Assembly: GCF_009914755.1 (NCBI RefSeq)
Contig: NC_060929.1
Strand: one strand, 5' to 3'
Length of the DNA stretch: 64,000 nt
Source of the DNA: the human T2T-CHM13v2.0 reference genome, Homo sapiens
Shown here: positions 14,801 to 26,619 of the stretch, piece by piece
Numbering within the stretch: the first letter of the stretch is position 1
How the letters are laid out: each line of letters opens with the position of its first letter
Notes under the pieces: generated by a model
What the model was told of the DNA's origin: nothing
Seen by the model: only the letters and a program-made list of their open reading frames with translations
Database searches by the model: none
Made by a program: the position numbers and the translations under genes

Positions 14801-16700
14801 AGCTGATAAGCAACTTCAGCAAAGTCTCAGGATACAAAACGAATGTGCAAAAATCACAAGTATTCCTATATGGTACCAACAATAGACAACCAGAGAACCA
14901 AATCATTAATAAACTCCCATTCACAATTGCTACAAAGAGATTAAAAAACCTAGGAATACAGCTAACAGTGAAGTGAAGGACCTCTTCAAGGAGAACTACA
15001 AATAACTGCTCAAGGAAATAAGAGAGGACACAAACAAATGGAAAAACATTCCATGCTCATAGATAGAAAGAATCAATATTGTGAAAATGGCCATACTGCC
15101 CAAAGTAATTTATAGATTCAATGCTATTCCCATTTAATTACTGTTGACATTCTTCACAGAATTAGAGAAAATTACTTTAAAATTCATAGGGGACAAAAAA
15201 AGAGCTTGTATAGCTAAGACAAACCTAAGCAAAAAGAACAAAGCTGGAGGCATCATGCTACTTGACTTCAAACTATACTACAAGCCTACAGTAACCAAAA
15301 CAGCATGGGACGGGTACAAAAACAGACACATAGACCAATGTGTCTCAGAGATCTCAGAAATAAGACTGCACATCTACAATCATCTGATCTTTGACAAACC
15401 TGACCAAAAAAAGCAATGGGGAAAGGAGTCCCTATTCAATAAATGGTGCTGAGAGAACTGGCTAGCCATATGCAGAAAATTGAAATATGACCCCTTCTTT
15501 GCACCTTATACAAAAATTAACTCAAGATGGATTAAAGACTTATATGTAAAACCCAAAACTATAAAAACCCTAGAAGAAAACCTAGGCAATACCATTCAGG
15601 ACATAGCAACTGGCAAAGATTTTATGATGAAAAGATCAAAAGCAATTGCAACAGAAGCAAAAATTGACAAATGGGATCTAATTAAACTAAAGAGCTTCTG
15701 CACAGCAAAAGAAACTATCATCAGAGTGAGCAGAAAACCTACACCATGGGAAAAAAATTCCAATCTATCTATCTAATATCCAAAATCTACTAGGAGCTTA
15801 AACAAATTTATAAGAAAAAAACAAACAACCCCATTAAAAAGTGGGCAAAATAAGACATTTATGCGGCCAAGAAACATATGAAAAAAAACTTAACATCACT
15901 GATAAATAGAGAAATGCAAATCAAAACCACAATGAGATACCATCTCATGCCAATCAGAATGGTGATTATTAAAAAGTCAAGAAACAACAGATACTGGTGA
16001 GGCTGTGGAGAAATAGGAATGCTTTTTACACTGTTGGTGGGAATTAGTTTAACCATTAGTTTAACATAATTAGTTTAAATTACCATTGTGGAAGACAGTG
16101 TGGCAATCCCTCCAAGACCTAGAACCTGAAATACCATTTGACCCAGCAATCCCATTACTGGATGTATACCAGTAATAGTATACATTTATACCAAAGGAAT
16201 ATAAATTATTCTATTATAAAGATACACACCTGTGCATGTTCATTGCAGCAATATTCACAATAGCAAAGACATGGAATCAACCCAAATGCCCATCAATGAT
16301 AGGCTGAATAAAGAAAATGTGGTACATATACACCATGGAATACTCAATAGCCATCATGTCCTTTGCAGGGACATGGATGGAGCTGGAAGCCATTATCCTC
16401 AGCAAACCAACACAGGAACAGAAAACCAAACACTGCCTATTCTCACTTATAAGTGGGAGCTGAACAATGAGAACACATGCACACAGGGAGGGAACGACAC
16501 ACACTGGGTTTGTTGGGTGGGGGCCGGGGTAGGGAAGGTGGAGCATCAAGATAAATACCTAATGCATGCTGGACTTAATACCCAGATGATGGGTTGATAC
16601 AGCAAACTACCATGTCACACGTTTACCTATGTAACAAACCTGCACGTCCTGCACATGTATCCCGGAACTTAAAATAAAATAAAAGTTAGAAAAATAAATA
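11849..16700 (+). mobile_element. LINE-1, L1PA12/13-like, truncated within ORF1, disrupted ORF1/ORF2
   Basis: ORF1 pieces (12094..12429), ORF2 start ATGACAGGATCA at 12652, RT motif LFADDMI, 3'UTR ending ATCCCGGAACTTAAAATAAAAT. Degenerate TSD AAAAC-CTGCAATATAG (11833-11848) / AAAACACCTGCCATACAG (16701-16718). Confidence 0.95.
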
Positions 16701-18011
16701 AAAACACCTGCCATACAGCCCTCCTGCTTTTAAAGGAATAATTAGAATCTGTGCATTCTGAATCATTGTTAATTTAGTTCAGACCTATGAACTGACCCAG
16801 AAAAACATCCACATTTATTAAGCACATAATTTAATGCACGTCTATCACAATGTGATAATGTAACACACGTCTATCACAATGTGATGTCTTTTATACTTAT
16901 TGTTAATAGGTATGTTCACGACAAGTTCAGGGACAGGCATATCATTATCCACATATTTTAAGTTAGATATTTCCTGAAGTCACACTGCTACTTGTTGAAA
17001 AATTCCCATTTGAACTCCAATCTTTGACATCCAGTGGCGAGTGCTATTACTCTGGCACTTTGACTTAGATGATTCAGGGCAGGCAGTGTAGGAATGCATG
17101 AAGAACTCTACACCATTTCAGTTGGAGGCCATTTCTATTCATGGAGTAGACTATTACTAGCTTATATATGTTATACTCTATCACTTTTTCCTGCTTATTT
17201 TATCTTGTGGGAAAACACCAAAATCATTATGTGTGTAATATTCTTTAATTCTGTGTAAGTTGAAATACAAATATCTGTTCTGGCATAGCTAATATTTACA
17301 TTTCTCAAGTTTCTTTCCAGTTAAATCATAATATTGTATATACCTACATATGTATATCTGTGTGTTTCTGGAATTTGTATGAAAGATATTAATTTAGCTT
17401 CCATTCCATTTCCTTTATTGTCATACAATTCTTGGATTTGCTGTTTTACAACATTCTAATGCAGTCCTAAATGAAAATCATTTGTTATTCTAGGGCTGCA
17501 TGCTGAATTAGGTTTGGATAACAAAGCAAGTAGAGATGACTATCACATATGAGAGTGAAGCAATCCAAAGTAACAGATGACAAGGTCTCTATGGAACTTT
17601 GTTGCTTTTAAAAGCCTGAAGTTCTTCAGAGAGTGCTACTGCAGATTTTCTTGATTCTTACAAAACAATTGGTCCGGAAAGGTAAAAACTCAAAAGTCAC
17701 CAAGAAATCTTTCCTCTGCCTTTCCCAACCAGTGCTTCCTACTGAGTATGTTTCTTTTGAAGCCAGGATAACTTGCTCTGTTGCAGTTTCAGAAAATAGT
17801 GTGAAATTAATTTTTATCATCACCAAGAACTGGAGTTCAAGCACAAGCCTCCCACGCAAATTGTCCATCCAGAGTTGTTGTAAACCCAGAACTGGGTCAT
17901 GAGTCTCAACAAATGCAGGCACTCTGGGAAGCAGGGAAAGTTTAGACTTTGACCAATCATACTAGCAATGACTTAACTTCAAGGAGCTCAGTACCAAGAA
18001 AGAGACAAACA

Positions 18012-18200
18012 AGGCTGCCCAAAGTGTATTCTGCTGAATGGCAACACCACTGAATATTGAGAGGTATTATGTTTAAAAGGACTCCATGGACATAGTGTGT
18101 AGAAATGCCTAAATTTATTTATCTAAGGAACCTATTAGTGTGTGTGAGGATGGCATGTTAACAGACCAATGCTCTATAAAACACACCTTGGGAAATATTG
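18012..18200. mobile_element. MER103-like hAT-Charlie element
   Basis: Inverted termini CCCAAAGTGTATTC ... AACACACCTTGGGAAA. Confidence 0.45.
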
Positions 18201-18532
18201 GGGTATGGCATGAGGAGCCCCATTTGAAATAAGTTATCTGCAGGAAATAAAGAGGGTACAAGAGAGAACATTTGTTTCTTTGTATCCATTTTTGTTTGGA
18301 AGTATTGTTTTGAACAATTGTTTAGATTGAAATAATAATAACATTTTTGCATCGCATGTAACATTACCTTTTCCAGAAGTTTCATCTTCGTTTCTTCTTT
18401 TTATTGCCAAGGAACCCTGTGATGGTACTTCAGGTAGCTGTATTCAATTTTACAAGCTGTATTCAATTTTACAGTTGAGGAAACTGATACATAGAGAAGG
18501 TGAATGCCTTTTGCACTCAGGATAGGCTAAGT

Positions 18533-18870
18533 CAGGGGATCAGAAAACTAGGCCACACAGGCCAAATCTGGCCCGCAGCCTGTTTTTGTACAGTCTGGAA
18601 ACTAACGGTATATATATATATATACACACACACACACATATATATGTATATATATACACACACACATATATATGTATACATATATATACACACACACATA
18701 TATATATGTATACATATATATATATACACACACATATATATATATGTAAGGTAATAAACCTTTAAAGAGGAAGAGAAAAGAAAAGAATATATGACAGAGA
18801 TCATATGCGGCCCACAAAGCCTGAAGTATTTACTGTCTGGCCTTTTACAGAAAAATTTTGCCAGCCCCCG
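18533..18870 (+). mobile_element. MER58(C)-like hAT-Charlie MITE
   Basis: CAGGGGATCAGAAAACTA...GGCCAAATCTGGCCCGCAGCCTGTTTTTGTA ... GGCCTTTTACAGAAAAATTTTGCCAGCCCC. Confidence 0.85.
18609..18747. repeat. Compound (TA)n/(CA)n microsatellite inside MER58
   Basis: Alternating TA and CA runs with higher-order repetition. Confidence 0.95.
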
Positions 18871-18874
18871 GACT

Positions 18875-19265
18875 AGGTTATACGGTTATGCTCTGGTAAC
18901 AAACAATACTCATACCTCAGTGATTTTGCCCAACAATATATATTTCTTGCTGATGCCACATGCCCAAGTCAAGGTGTCAGGAGTCTCTGCTTATCCGTAT
19001 CACTTAGGAACCTGAGCCGCAAGAAACTTCATGTCATTATGTGCCCCATGGTCACCTCTGCAATAAGAAGGAGATGTGATGAGCTGCGTACTGGCTCTCA
19101 GAATTTCCACCTGGGTGTGAAACGCTCCACTTCTGCTCATAGTTCACTGGCCAACCAAGTCACATGAACTCATCTAACTTCAAAGGGGTGGGGAAATACA
19201 ACCTTACCTTATGCCTGGAAGAATGAAATCCAGAAATATTTGGTGAACAACAGTATTAATACTGG
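18875..19265 (-). mobile_element. MLT1K/L-like MaLR LTR
   Basis: GGTTATGCTCTGGTAACAAACA...CACTTCTGCTCATAGTTCACTGGCCA...AATATTTGGTGAACAAC. Confidence 0.65.
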
Positions 19266-19426
19266 ATACATGTGAATGTGAGTGTGTGAGAGAGAGATAT
19301 ATAGAGAGAGTGAGTGTGTATGTGTGTGTGTGTAGAAAGCTAGTTCAGAAAGTGAGGTGTTGGAATCCATAGCCTCTGAAATCTTTATTGATTTTCTTCA
19401 TACATATGTGTAAGATATATATATAG

Positions 19427-19680
19427 TGATATGGCTTGACTCTGTGTCCCCACTCAAATCTCATCTCGAATTGTAATCTCCACAAAGTTCCTCCTTCGCT
19501 CCTGTCTCACTTGCCACCATGTGAAGAAGGTGCTTGCTTCTCCTTTGCCTTCCACCATGATTGTACATTTCCTGAGGCCTCCCCAGCCACGTGGAACTGT
19601 GAGTCAATTACACCTCTTTCCTTTTTAAATTACCCAGTCTCAGGTATTTCTTTATAGCAGTGTGAAAATGGACTAATACA
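19427..19680 (+). mobile_element. THE1D-like solo LTR with internal deletion
   Basis: TGATATGGCTTGACTCTGTGTCCCCAC ... TTTATAGCAGTGTGAAAATGGACTAATACA. Only 254 bp. TSD TATAG/TATAA. Confidence 0.85.
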
Positions 19681-20779
19681 TATAAGAACCTCTATTATAT
19701 ATGGATATGTAGATTTCTCTATTTTTACATATTGAATTCTTATAAATATATCTACTATATATTCTATATTGAATTCACATATATAAATATATATAATAGA
19801 GATCTCTCCATAGCTATGTATTTATCTATAGATATATATTATACATATATTGAATAATATAAAATTCAATATATGATCTATAGAATAGGATTCTGTATAT
19901 ATAGTAGAGATCTACCTATCTATCTCTTTGTGTATAGAGAGATGGAAAAATGAATCAATCAGGTTTCACCGGACATGGATGTCGGGTTTCAGGTGTGTGT
20001 ACATGCATGTGAGCATACTCTACATTATGCTGTTGATCACCAAATATACATACAGAGCGCACATAAGAGAGAGGTGTATGCGTGTATGTAATCAAGACTC
20101 CATTATGTACAAGTTACAAAACGAACGTGAAAAAATAAATTTAAACTTTCTTTTGAAATGTAGTTTTCTAGTGTTAAAGGATTTAACATTTCTTGGCTTA
20201 CAACAGTGTACATTGTCTTATGTTAACATGTTCCCTGCAAAGCTGTTTAAAAATTAAATAATACAATTTTTACTTTAAATATCACAACTTTGGGGAGTTC
20301 TTTTCCAAAAGAGAAGAAAAGAAAGAAGGAAGAAACTTCTAGTAATGTGAATAATCAGCTTCTAGTTACATCTTTGAAAGCTGGAGCTTGTGTGTAATAA
20401 AATGCTTAAAATAAAGGTGTCTCAATTTTTTAAGCAGCAAGAAAATACTTGGAGAATTAAAAGACAATATATATTAGCATTAGAAGAAAACCTACAGATG
20501 ATTCTAGTCTACCTTCCTTATTTTATCGATGAAGATGGTGAAATTAGTAATGACAGATCCAAAGTGCAAGGTTCTTAGAAGTTTTTTAGTTTTTGGATTC
20601 TCTCTCAACCATATACTTCTCTTAGATTAAACCTTTTTTTTTCTCTATGTAAAAGCACTGTATCATTTTCAAATCATGGTCAATAGATTTTTGGATGATT
20701 TCATGTTGAAAATTATTGCTCTGTGTGACAAAGGGAAGCCTGCTTCCTCTATCCCAAGAACAGTCTACTTGGTTTTTAG

Positions 20780-20917
20780 AAGGCATTGTGAATGTACAGC
20801 ATCCTTACTGCACGGCTGCATGCACAAGGCCAAGCTGTCTCTGAAAGAATTCCACACCTGACAGGATGCTGGCCACACCTTTCTTGGCTCAGAGACAAAG
20901 CAAGGAAATTGTGGAAG
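20780..20917 (+). other. Candidate plus-strand non-coding exon followed by a 119-nt intron (20918-21036)
   Basis: Acceptor CTACTTGGTTTTTAG, donor AAG|GTAAGT. Downstream branch-like TTTGAC and acceptor CTTTCTTTTTACTTAG|G. Confidence 0.35.
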
Positions 20918-21520
20918 GTAAGTAATTGAAGAAATCATTTTCTTCCTCTTCATGTATGCTTCTTTTCTTGGATCTGGGATTATTGGTGGGCTTATTTTTT
21001 GTCTCTTTCCATCTTTGACACTTTCTTTTTACTTAGGAGATGCCAAATGAGAGACACATAAATTATGAGGTTTTTTTTTTTTAAACCCTGCAATTGACCA
21101 TTGCATTGGTGTATGCTTTGTCATTTGCAAGATTCACAAATAACACAATTCCTGGTGTTGGGGGGCATCCTAAAAGGGACAATTTCTTTTCAGAATAATA
21201 AATCACAATATTTAAAGGGAAGAGATCTTGTGAAAAAGCTATGAATGGAAGAGTCCAAGCCTGGCTTCCATCTGTGTTTGGGGAACAGTTAACAGCAATG
21301 TGTGGGAAGTCAAACAAAAATGGAGAGCCGAGATCTTTGCTTTTTAAAACAAGGATGTTTGTTTAAGAAAAGTATGTGTAGGGGAAGAAGGGGGAGGGCT
21401 GTGGCTCCTGTGAGAGAAAGGGGACATGGGGAGACACATGTCAGCATTTCAAAGGATTTTTGTGCATGCAGGATAGTAAATAAATTGAAGAGGCAATTTT
21501 TATAAAAAATATTTGCCCAG

Positions 21521-21739
21521 TCAAAGCGGGAAGTCAGTGAAATTGTAAGGTTGCTGCTGAGTAGTTAAATCCTCAGGTACGGCTTGGCTTGTGACCGTCA
21601 CTACTATCCATCTCAGTTGGCTTCTCGGGGCTTTTCCATCTTTTCTCTGAGAGTCTCCGTATTTCCATTCAGCTCCTGGAATTGACCTGTATCGCTGAGA
21701 AACGTGATTAAGCTGCTTTAAAAAGCCTCTAATTTCCAT
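21521..21739 (-). CDS. Hypothetical last coding exon of a spliced orphan ORF (MEIRGF...DFPL*)
   Basis: Preceded by CTTTGCATTTATATTTTTCTTTCGCAAG (AAG acceptor, ~40 nt free of AG). Phase-compatible with the upstream 60-nt exon. No recognised homology. Confidence 0.25.
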   Translation of the reverse strand: MEIRGFLKQLNHVSQRYRSIPGAEWKYGDSQRKDGKAPRSQLRWIVVTVTSQAVPEDLTTQQQPYNFTDFPL

Positions 21740-22726
21740 CTTGCGAAAGAAAAATATAAATGCAAAGATGGTGCCATAGCTACTAGCTCCGTTTCAAGGC
21801 GTCTGGGTGTCAGACATCAGAATATAAATCAGGGAAGGCATTTTACCAGATAGTGTACATTGTGATGAATAAAACACAGAGGAAACGGGGACTTCATAAA
21901 AATAAGAAGTACAAATATCCAGTCATGAAAGGTACATATTTGTTAAAGATTATGCCTATTGAAATGATGAGTTGGAAGAATCATTTTATGTGACTTTACA
22001 GGCTCATGAATATAAATGACTTTATTGGCCCATGAATATAAACAACTTAAAATATGACAAATATATTCTTTAAAAGGAGTTAGCTATCTCTTTAGGTTTT
22101 CATTATCTTTCAAAGAGAAACAAATTTAAGAATCTTAGCTTTTCACCAATGAAATTACAGTCTGATTCTCTACGAAGTTATGAAAATGGTAAAGAAACTT
22201 TAAAAGATCTTATCTCCACATATACAAACATTTCTTATTTGTGTAAATTCAAGTTAATATATGAATGTAAAAGCATAGTTCATATTTGTAGTGAAATTGA
22301 ACTTCTTTCAAAGAAAATATCTCAACATATAGAGTATCAATCAATTTCAGAAAATAAAAAGTCTTCAAGCTTTACATATTGCAAGCTTGAGATATTGTGG
22401 GATCATATTTAATCAGTGATGGGTTAATGTTCTAAGCAAACTGTAATTAAAAATAAATAGGTCTGTAAGCTACCTAATCCTCAAGTGTGCCAAATGAGGC
22501 AAACATTTCACTTCTGTAAAAATAAACTTCTAATTCTAATCTAAAGCACTAGTTGAGCCTCCCATCAAGGAATTTTGTGATGTTTGTTCATGTATCTAAG
22601 ATACTTTTTTCAGACTTATGAATATTTATGAACCACAAGGTTCAATCCAGTATTATAAGAAGTAAGAGGTAGTGTCTTCTAGACGTAAAGGATGCTTATA
22701 ATTCTACTGTGTCTCCAGATACTCAC

Positions 22727-22786
22727 TGGCATCTTGTCATGCTTGAATGAGCCATTCAAAATAAAGCTGCCGTCTAATCGAAGTAC
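22727..22786 (-). other. 60-nt internal exon (frame 0: VLRLDGSFILNGSFKHDKMP)
   Basis: Strong acceptor TTCTTCTCACATTTTTGCACTTCAG|G and donor CCA|GTGAGTAT. Only frame 0 is stop-free. Confidence 0.55.
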
Positions 22787-24233
22787 CTGAAGTGCAAAAA
22801 TGTGAGAAGAATTTAATGAAGCATAAATTGTCATTTGGTTGAAGATACAGACCCCTTTACTGTAGCACAATTAAATACAACATAATGGAGGCTTCTGTTC
22901 ATGAATCCCAATCGCCTTCTGTTTTGCAGACAGGAAAACTACAAGATCAATTAATGTCTTTATTGTGGACTGTGGTGCATGGAGAGTAAATGTGTTCTCA
23001 CCCTCTCTCTTTTCCCCATCCTTCCCCCAACGAGGCACACATTTTGTATGTGTTTACAATTAAGAATTTGTCATGTATAAGACACTGTGTTCAATGCTAG
23101 TGGGAAATCTAAGATTAATCAAATGGCCCCACTATCTACAGAAAACAATAGCCTTTATCAAATACCAACAGGCTGTTTTATTTTTTTAAACAAAAAAGTT
23201 ATTATGCAGCTCTCTAAGCTAAGACTGTGAAAGTCCCAGGCGTTGAAATTTGGAGCAAATATAGTGGTTCAATGAAAAAAAAAATCAAGCTATTTTAGGG
23301 ATAATGAACTTTCCTGATTGTGAACTATGTTGAATTTCTCAGTCGTACGAGTGAGTCCATGGGGTAGCTATGGGCATGAAAGTGAGTGGTTTAATAATTG
23401 AGGGCAGAGGAAGCAGAGGGCTGTGGGAAGATTAACAAGAGTCAAGTATACGCACTCTCCACTTATAATTCTGCAGGAACCAGGAAGGAAATGGGAATGA
23501 CAACTGGCTGAGAGAACATCAAAGTCCAGGAATGGAAATGGCAGCTGGCTGAGAGGTCAGTCAGGTTCAGAAAATGAGATTAGCAACTAAGAGATCTAAA
23601 AATCTACGAATAGCATACTAAACAATTTGCTCATGCATTCGTCATTTTAGAAAATATTTCTTGAGCACCTATGTATGTAAAGTGCTTTGCAGGCCAGTCG
23701 CTAGGTATATAGGTATATAGTATCTTCCTCATGCCCCCTTAAATCAAATTTGTAATTAAGTTCTGTCAATTTTACTTTTGAAATATTTCAAATGATTATT
23801 TATTTCTCTCATTCTTCACTTACAACATTTTGGTACGAGACACTATTACCTGCCAACAAGCCTACTTGGAAAAATCTAGTTGGTCTTCCCGCATCCACTC
23901 TCACCCCTTCCAAACTTCCCCCATATTGCAAATGGGTAGATTTTTAAAATGTTATTTTGATCAAGTCACCATTCAACCCCACCCCAAATTCATTCTATTA
24001 AATCCCATTGCTCTGAGAATGACGATCAGAATCACTTAGGTCGCATAAAGCTATACGGTCAGAATCTTTCAGTTCTCCACCCCATCTCAAACCACTAGCT
24101 GACTCCCTCTCCCTCTGCCATCCAACTGCATTAGCCTTTTAAAGTTCCTAAAGCAACTCTTGACCCATTCAGCCTTCGTATATGCTGTTCATGTCATCTG
24201 GACCAAACCTCTTCCACTAACTTAGTTAAACCC

Positions 24234-24581
24234 TGATATTGTTTGCCTGTATGCCCACCCAAATCTCATCTTGAATTGTGGCTCCCGTAATTCCCATGTG
24301 GTGTGGGAGGTAATTGAATCATGAGGGCAATTTCTCCCATACTGTTCTTGTGGTAGTGAATAAGTCTTACGAGATCTGATGGTTTTATAAGGGGAAACCC
24401 CCTTCACTTGGGTCGCATTGTCTCTTGTCTGCCACCATGTAAGATGTGCCTTTTGCTTTCTGCCATACTTGTGAGGCCTCCCCAGCCACGTGGAACTGTT
24501 AGTTCATTAAACATCTTTTTCTTTATAAATCACCCAATCTCAGATACGTCTTTATCAGCAGCATGAGAACAGACTAATACA
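24234..24581 (+). mobile_element. THE1B-like solo LTR
   Basis: TG...ACTAATACA termini, CCCAAATCTCATCTTGAATTGT, perfect 5-bp TSD AACCC. Confidence 0.92.
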
Positions 24582-24674
24582 AACCCCATTCATTTTTCAG
24601 ATCTCGGATTCAGGGAACCCTTTCCTGACTACCTCAGAGTAGGTCAGGTTGTTCTGTTGTATGCCTTTGTAAGC

Positions 24675-25061
24675 TGATATGGCTTGGATTTGTGTCGCTG
24701 CCCAAATCTCATGTCAAATTGCAATCCCCAATGTTGGAGGAAGGGCCTGCCGGGAGGTGATTTGATCATGGGGGCAGATTTCCCCCTAGCCATTCTTGTG
24801 ATAATGAGTGAGTGTTCATGAAATCTGGTTGCTTAAAAGTGCATAGCACTTTCCCCTTCACTTTCTTCCTCCTGTTCTAGCAATGTAGGATTCACCTGCC
24901 TCTCCTTTGCCTTCCGCCGTGATTGTAAGTTTCCTGAGGCCTCCACAGCCATGCTTCCTGAACAGCCTGCAAAACTATAAGCCAATTAAACTTCTTTTCT
25001 TTAAAAATTACCTAGTCTCAGGTAGGTTTTTTTTATAGCAATGCAAGAATAGACTAATACA
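24675..25061 (+). mobile_element. MSTA-like solo LTR
   Basis: TGATATGGCTTGGATTTGTGTC...TTATAGCAATGCAAGAATAGACTAATACA. TSD TAAGC/TAGGC. Confidence 0.9.
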
Positions 25062-26168
25062 TAGGCAGAACACTTATCTCTACTTGTAATTTTTAATTAT
25101 TTATTGTGAGTATTAGAATAATATCTATTTTCCCCAGAAGAGCGTTAACACCACAAGGGCAAAGACTGTGTTTGATTTTGCTCACTTGCCTGTCCCAGCA
25201 GCACAGCACCTAGCACAGCACCTAACATGTAGTAGGTAGTCTATAAATATTTGTTGAGTAATTGAGTAACATAGCTGTAAATGTGTGCTGTACAGCTCAG
25301 TGGAATAAACAGTGGAATAGACATGAGCTAAGACAATCCATTAGGGCTAAATTTCTGCCTCAAGAAAAGCAATATGCCTTTAGAACTTTTGGGTCCCCAA
25401 ACCTGAAATACTTATTGGGGCATCCCATCATAAACCAAAAACCATTGCTTTTAATCATGAGTACTGAGTGGTTTTAATCATTCTAGGAAATATTTCCTGA
25501 AATGTGCTGAGCATATTATTGATTTGAATTTCTCAAGGGGAAAAATATTTTTTTCTTGGTATTGACATAAATTTAGAAACCCAATTTTTAAATGATTAAC
25601 AATGATGAGTGAAGCAAGGATGATATTTCTATACCTACAATTTTTCTAAATAAGTCAATGGCTCTCTATTCCCTCAGTCTCAGTCGTGACCATCTCTGCA
25701 TAAGCAAAACAGCCTGATGACTTTAACTTCCACAGATTCTCTCAACACAACATCCATCAAGCATATGACTTAATTCAATTAGTATCTACTTTCAGCCAAC
25801 CTGTATTTTTTCTTTGATTTGTGCAGATCTTCAGTCAAAATGTAACTAAGGTTATTTTGCTATAATAAAGCTTAGTTATCAAAAGATTAGGCTAGGATCA
25901 AGACTTGCTGAGAAGAGAGGAAAGTTATTGCATGCTGTTTAAAAATTTTCAGGCCATTGATTTTATTTGAAGATACCATTTATCCTAATAACATGTAGAA
26001 ATGAATAACTTTAATGCACCTCAAGAAGCATACACAGTGGTGTTAAAATCAGTCTTGGTGAATCAGATTATTTTTTGAGTTTACAAACTGTGTTTGCTAT
26101 TTTGAATAATGTTACAGTAAACTTTTATAAGTGATATGCCTGGAGGGTGGAGTTAGGAGGGACTTTCT

Positions 26169-26298
26169 GGCTGGTTGTGGTGGCTCATGCCTGTAATCTC
26201 AGCACTCTGGAAGGCTGAGGCAGGCAGATCGCTTGAGGTCAGAAGTTCAAGACCAGCCTGGGCAAAACCCCATCTCTACAAAAAAAAAAAAAAAAAAA
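26169..26298 (+). mobile_element. Alu monomer (FLAM_C-like) with A-tail
   Basis: Left arm only, followed by poly-A. Degenerate TSD AGGAGGGACTTTC/AGAAGGACTCTC. Confidence 0.85.
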
Positions 26299-26619
26299 GA
26301 AGGACTCTCAATATCTATGTATCTGAGATTTTTGTAATTTTGTTTAATTTGAATTTTAATAATAAACATGTAATACTTTTGAATTTAGCAAAAAGTAATA
26401 AAAAGTTTTTAAAAGAACCCATTTGGTGAATTATTTCTCAAAACTCAAAGTTTAGCTTCTGCTTTCACTTACAATTTTGTAAATCACGAGTTTGACTCTC
26501 CTAATGAACAATGAGAACAGTCCAGTTAAGCGAGAAACTTTGGTATTAAAACTAATCAGAGCAACACAAGATATTTTTTAAAAAAGTAAGTAAACTTAAA
26601 TCCAGAAAATGATTAGTCA

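Larger units (their letters stand above)
23720..25268 (+). mobile_element. L2 3' region interrupted by two LTRs
   Basis: Ends CCTAGCACAGCACCTAACATGTAGTAGGTAGTCTATAAATATTTGTTGAGT, an L2a-type 3' end. Confidence 0.7.

Noticed and set aside
17626-17922. Overlapping 89-98-aa ORFs in a unique segment
   Set aside because: Non-ATG starts, no recognisable protein, and only weak splice signals.
18500-18817. Overlapping Y/I/H/T-rich ORFs
   Set aside because: Artefact of the TA/CA microsatellite.
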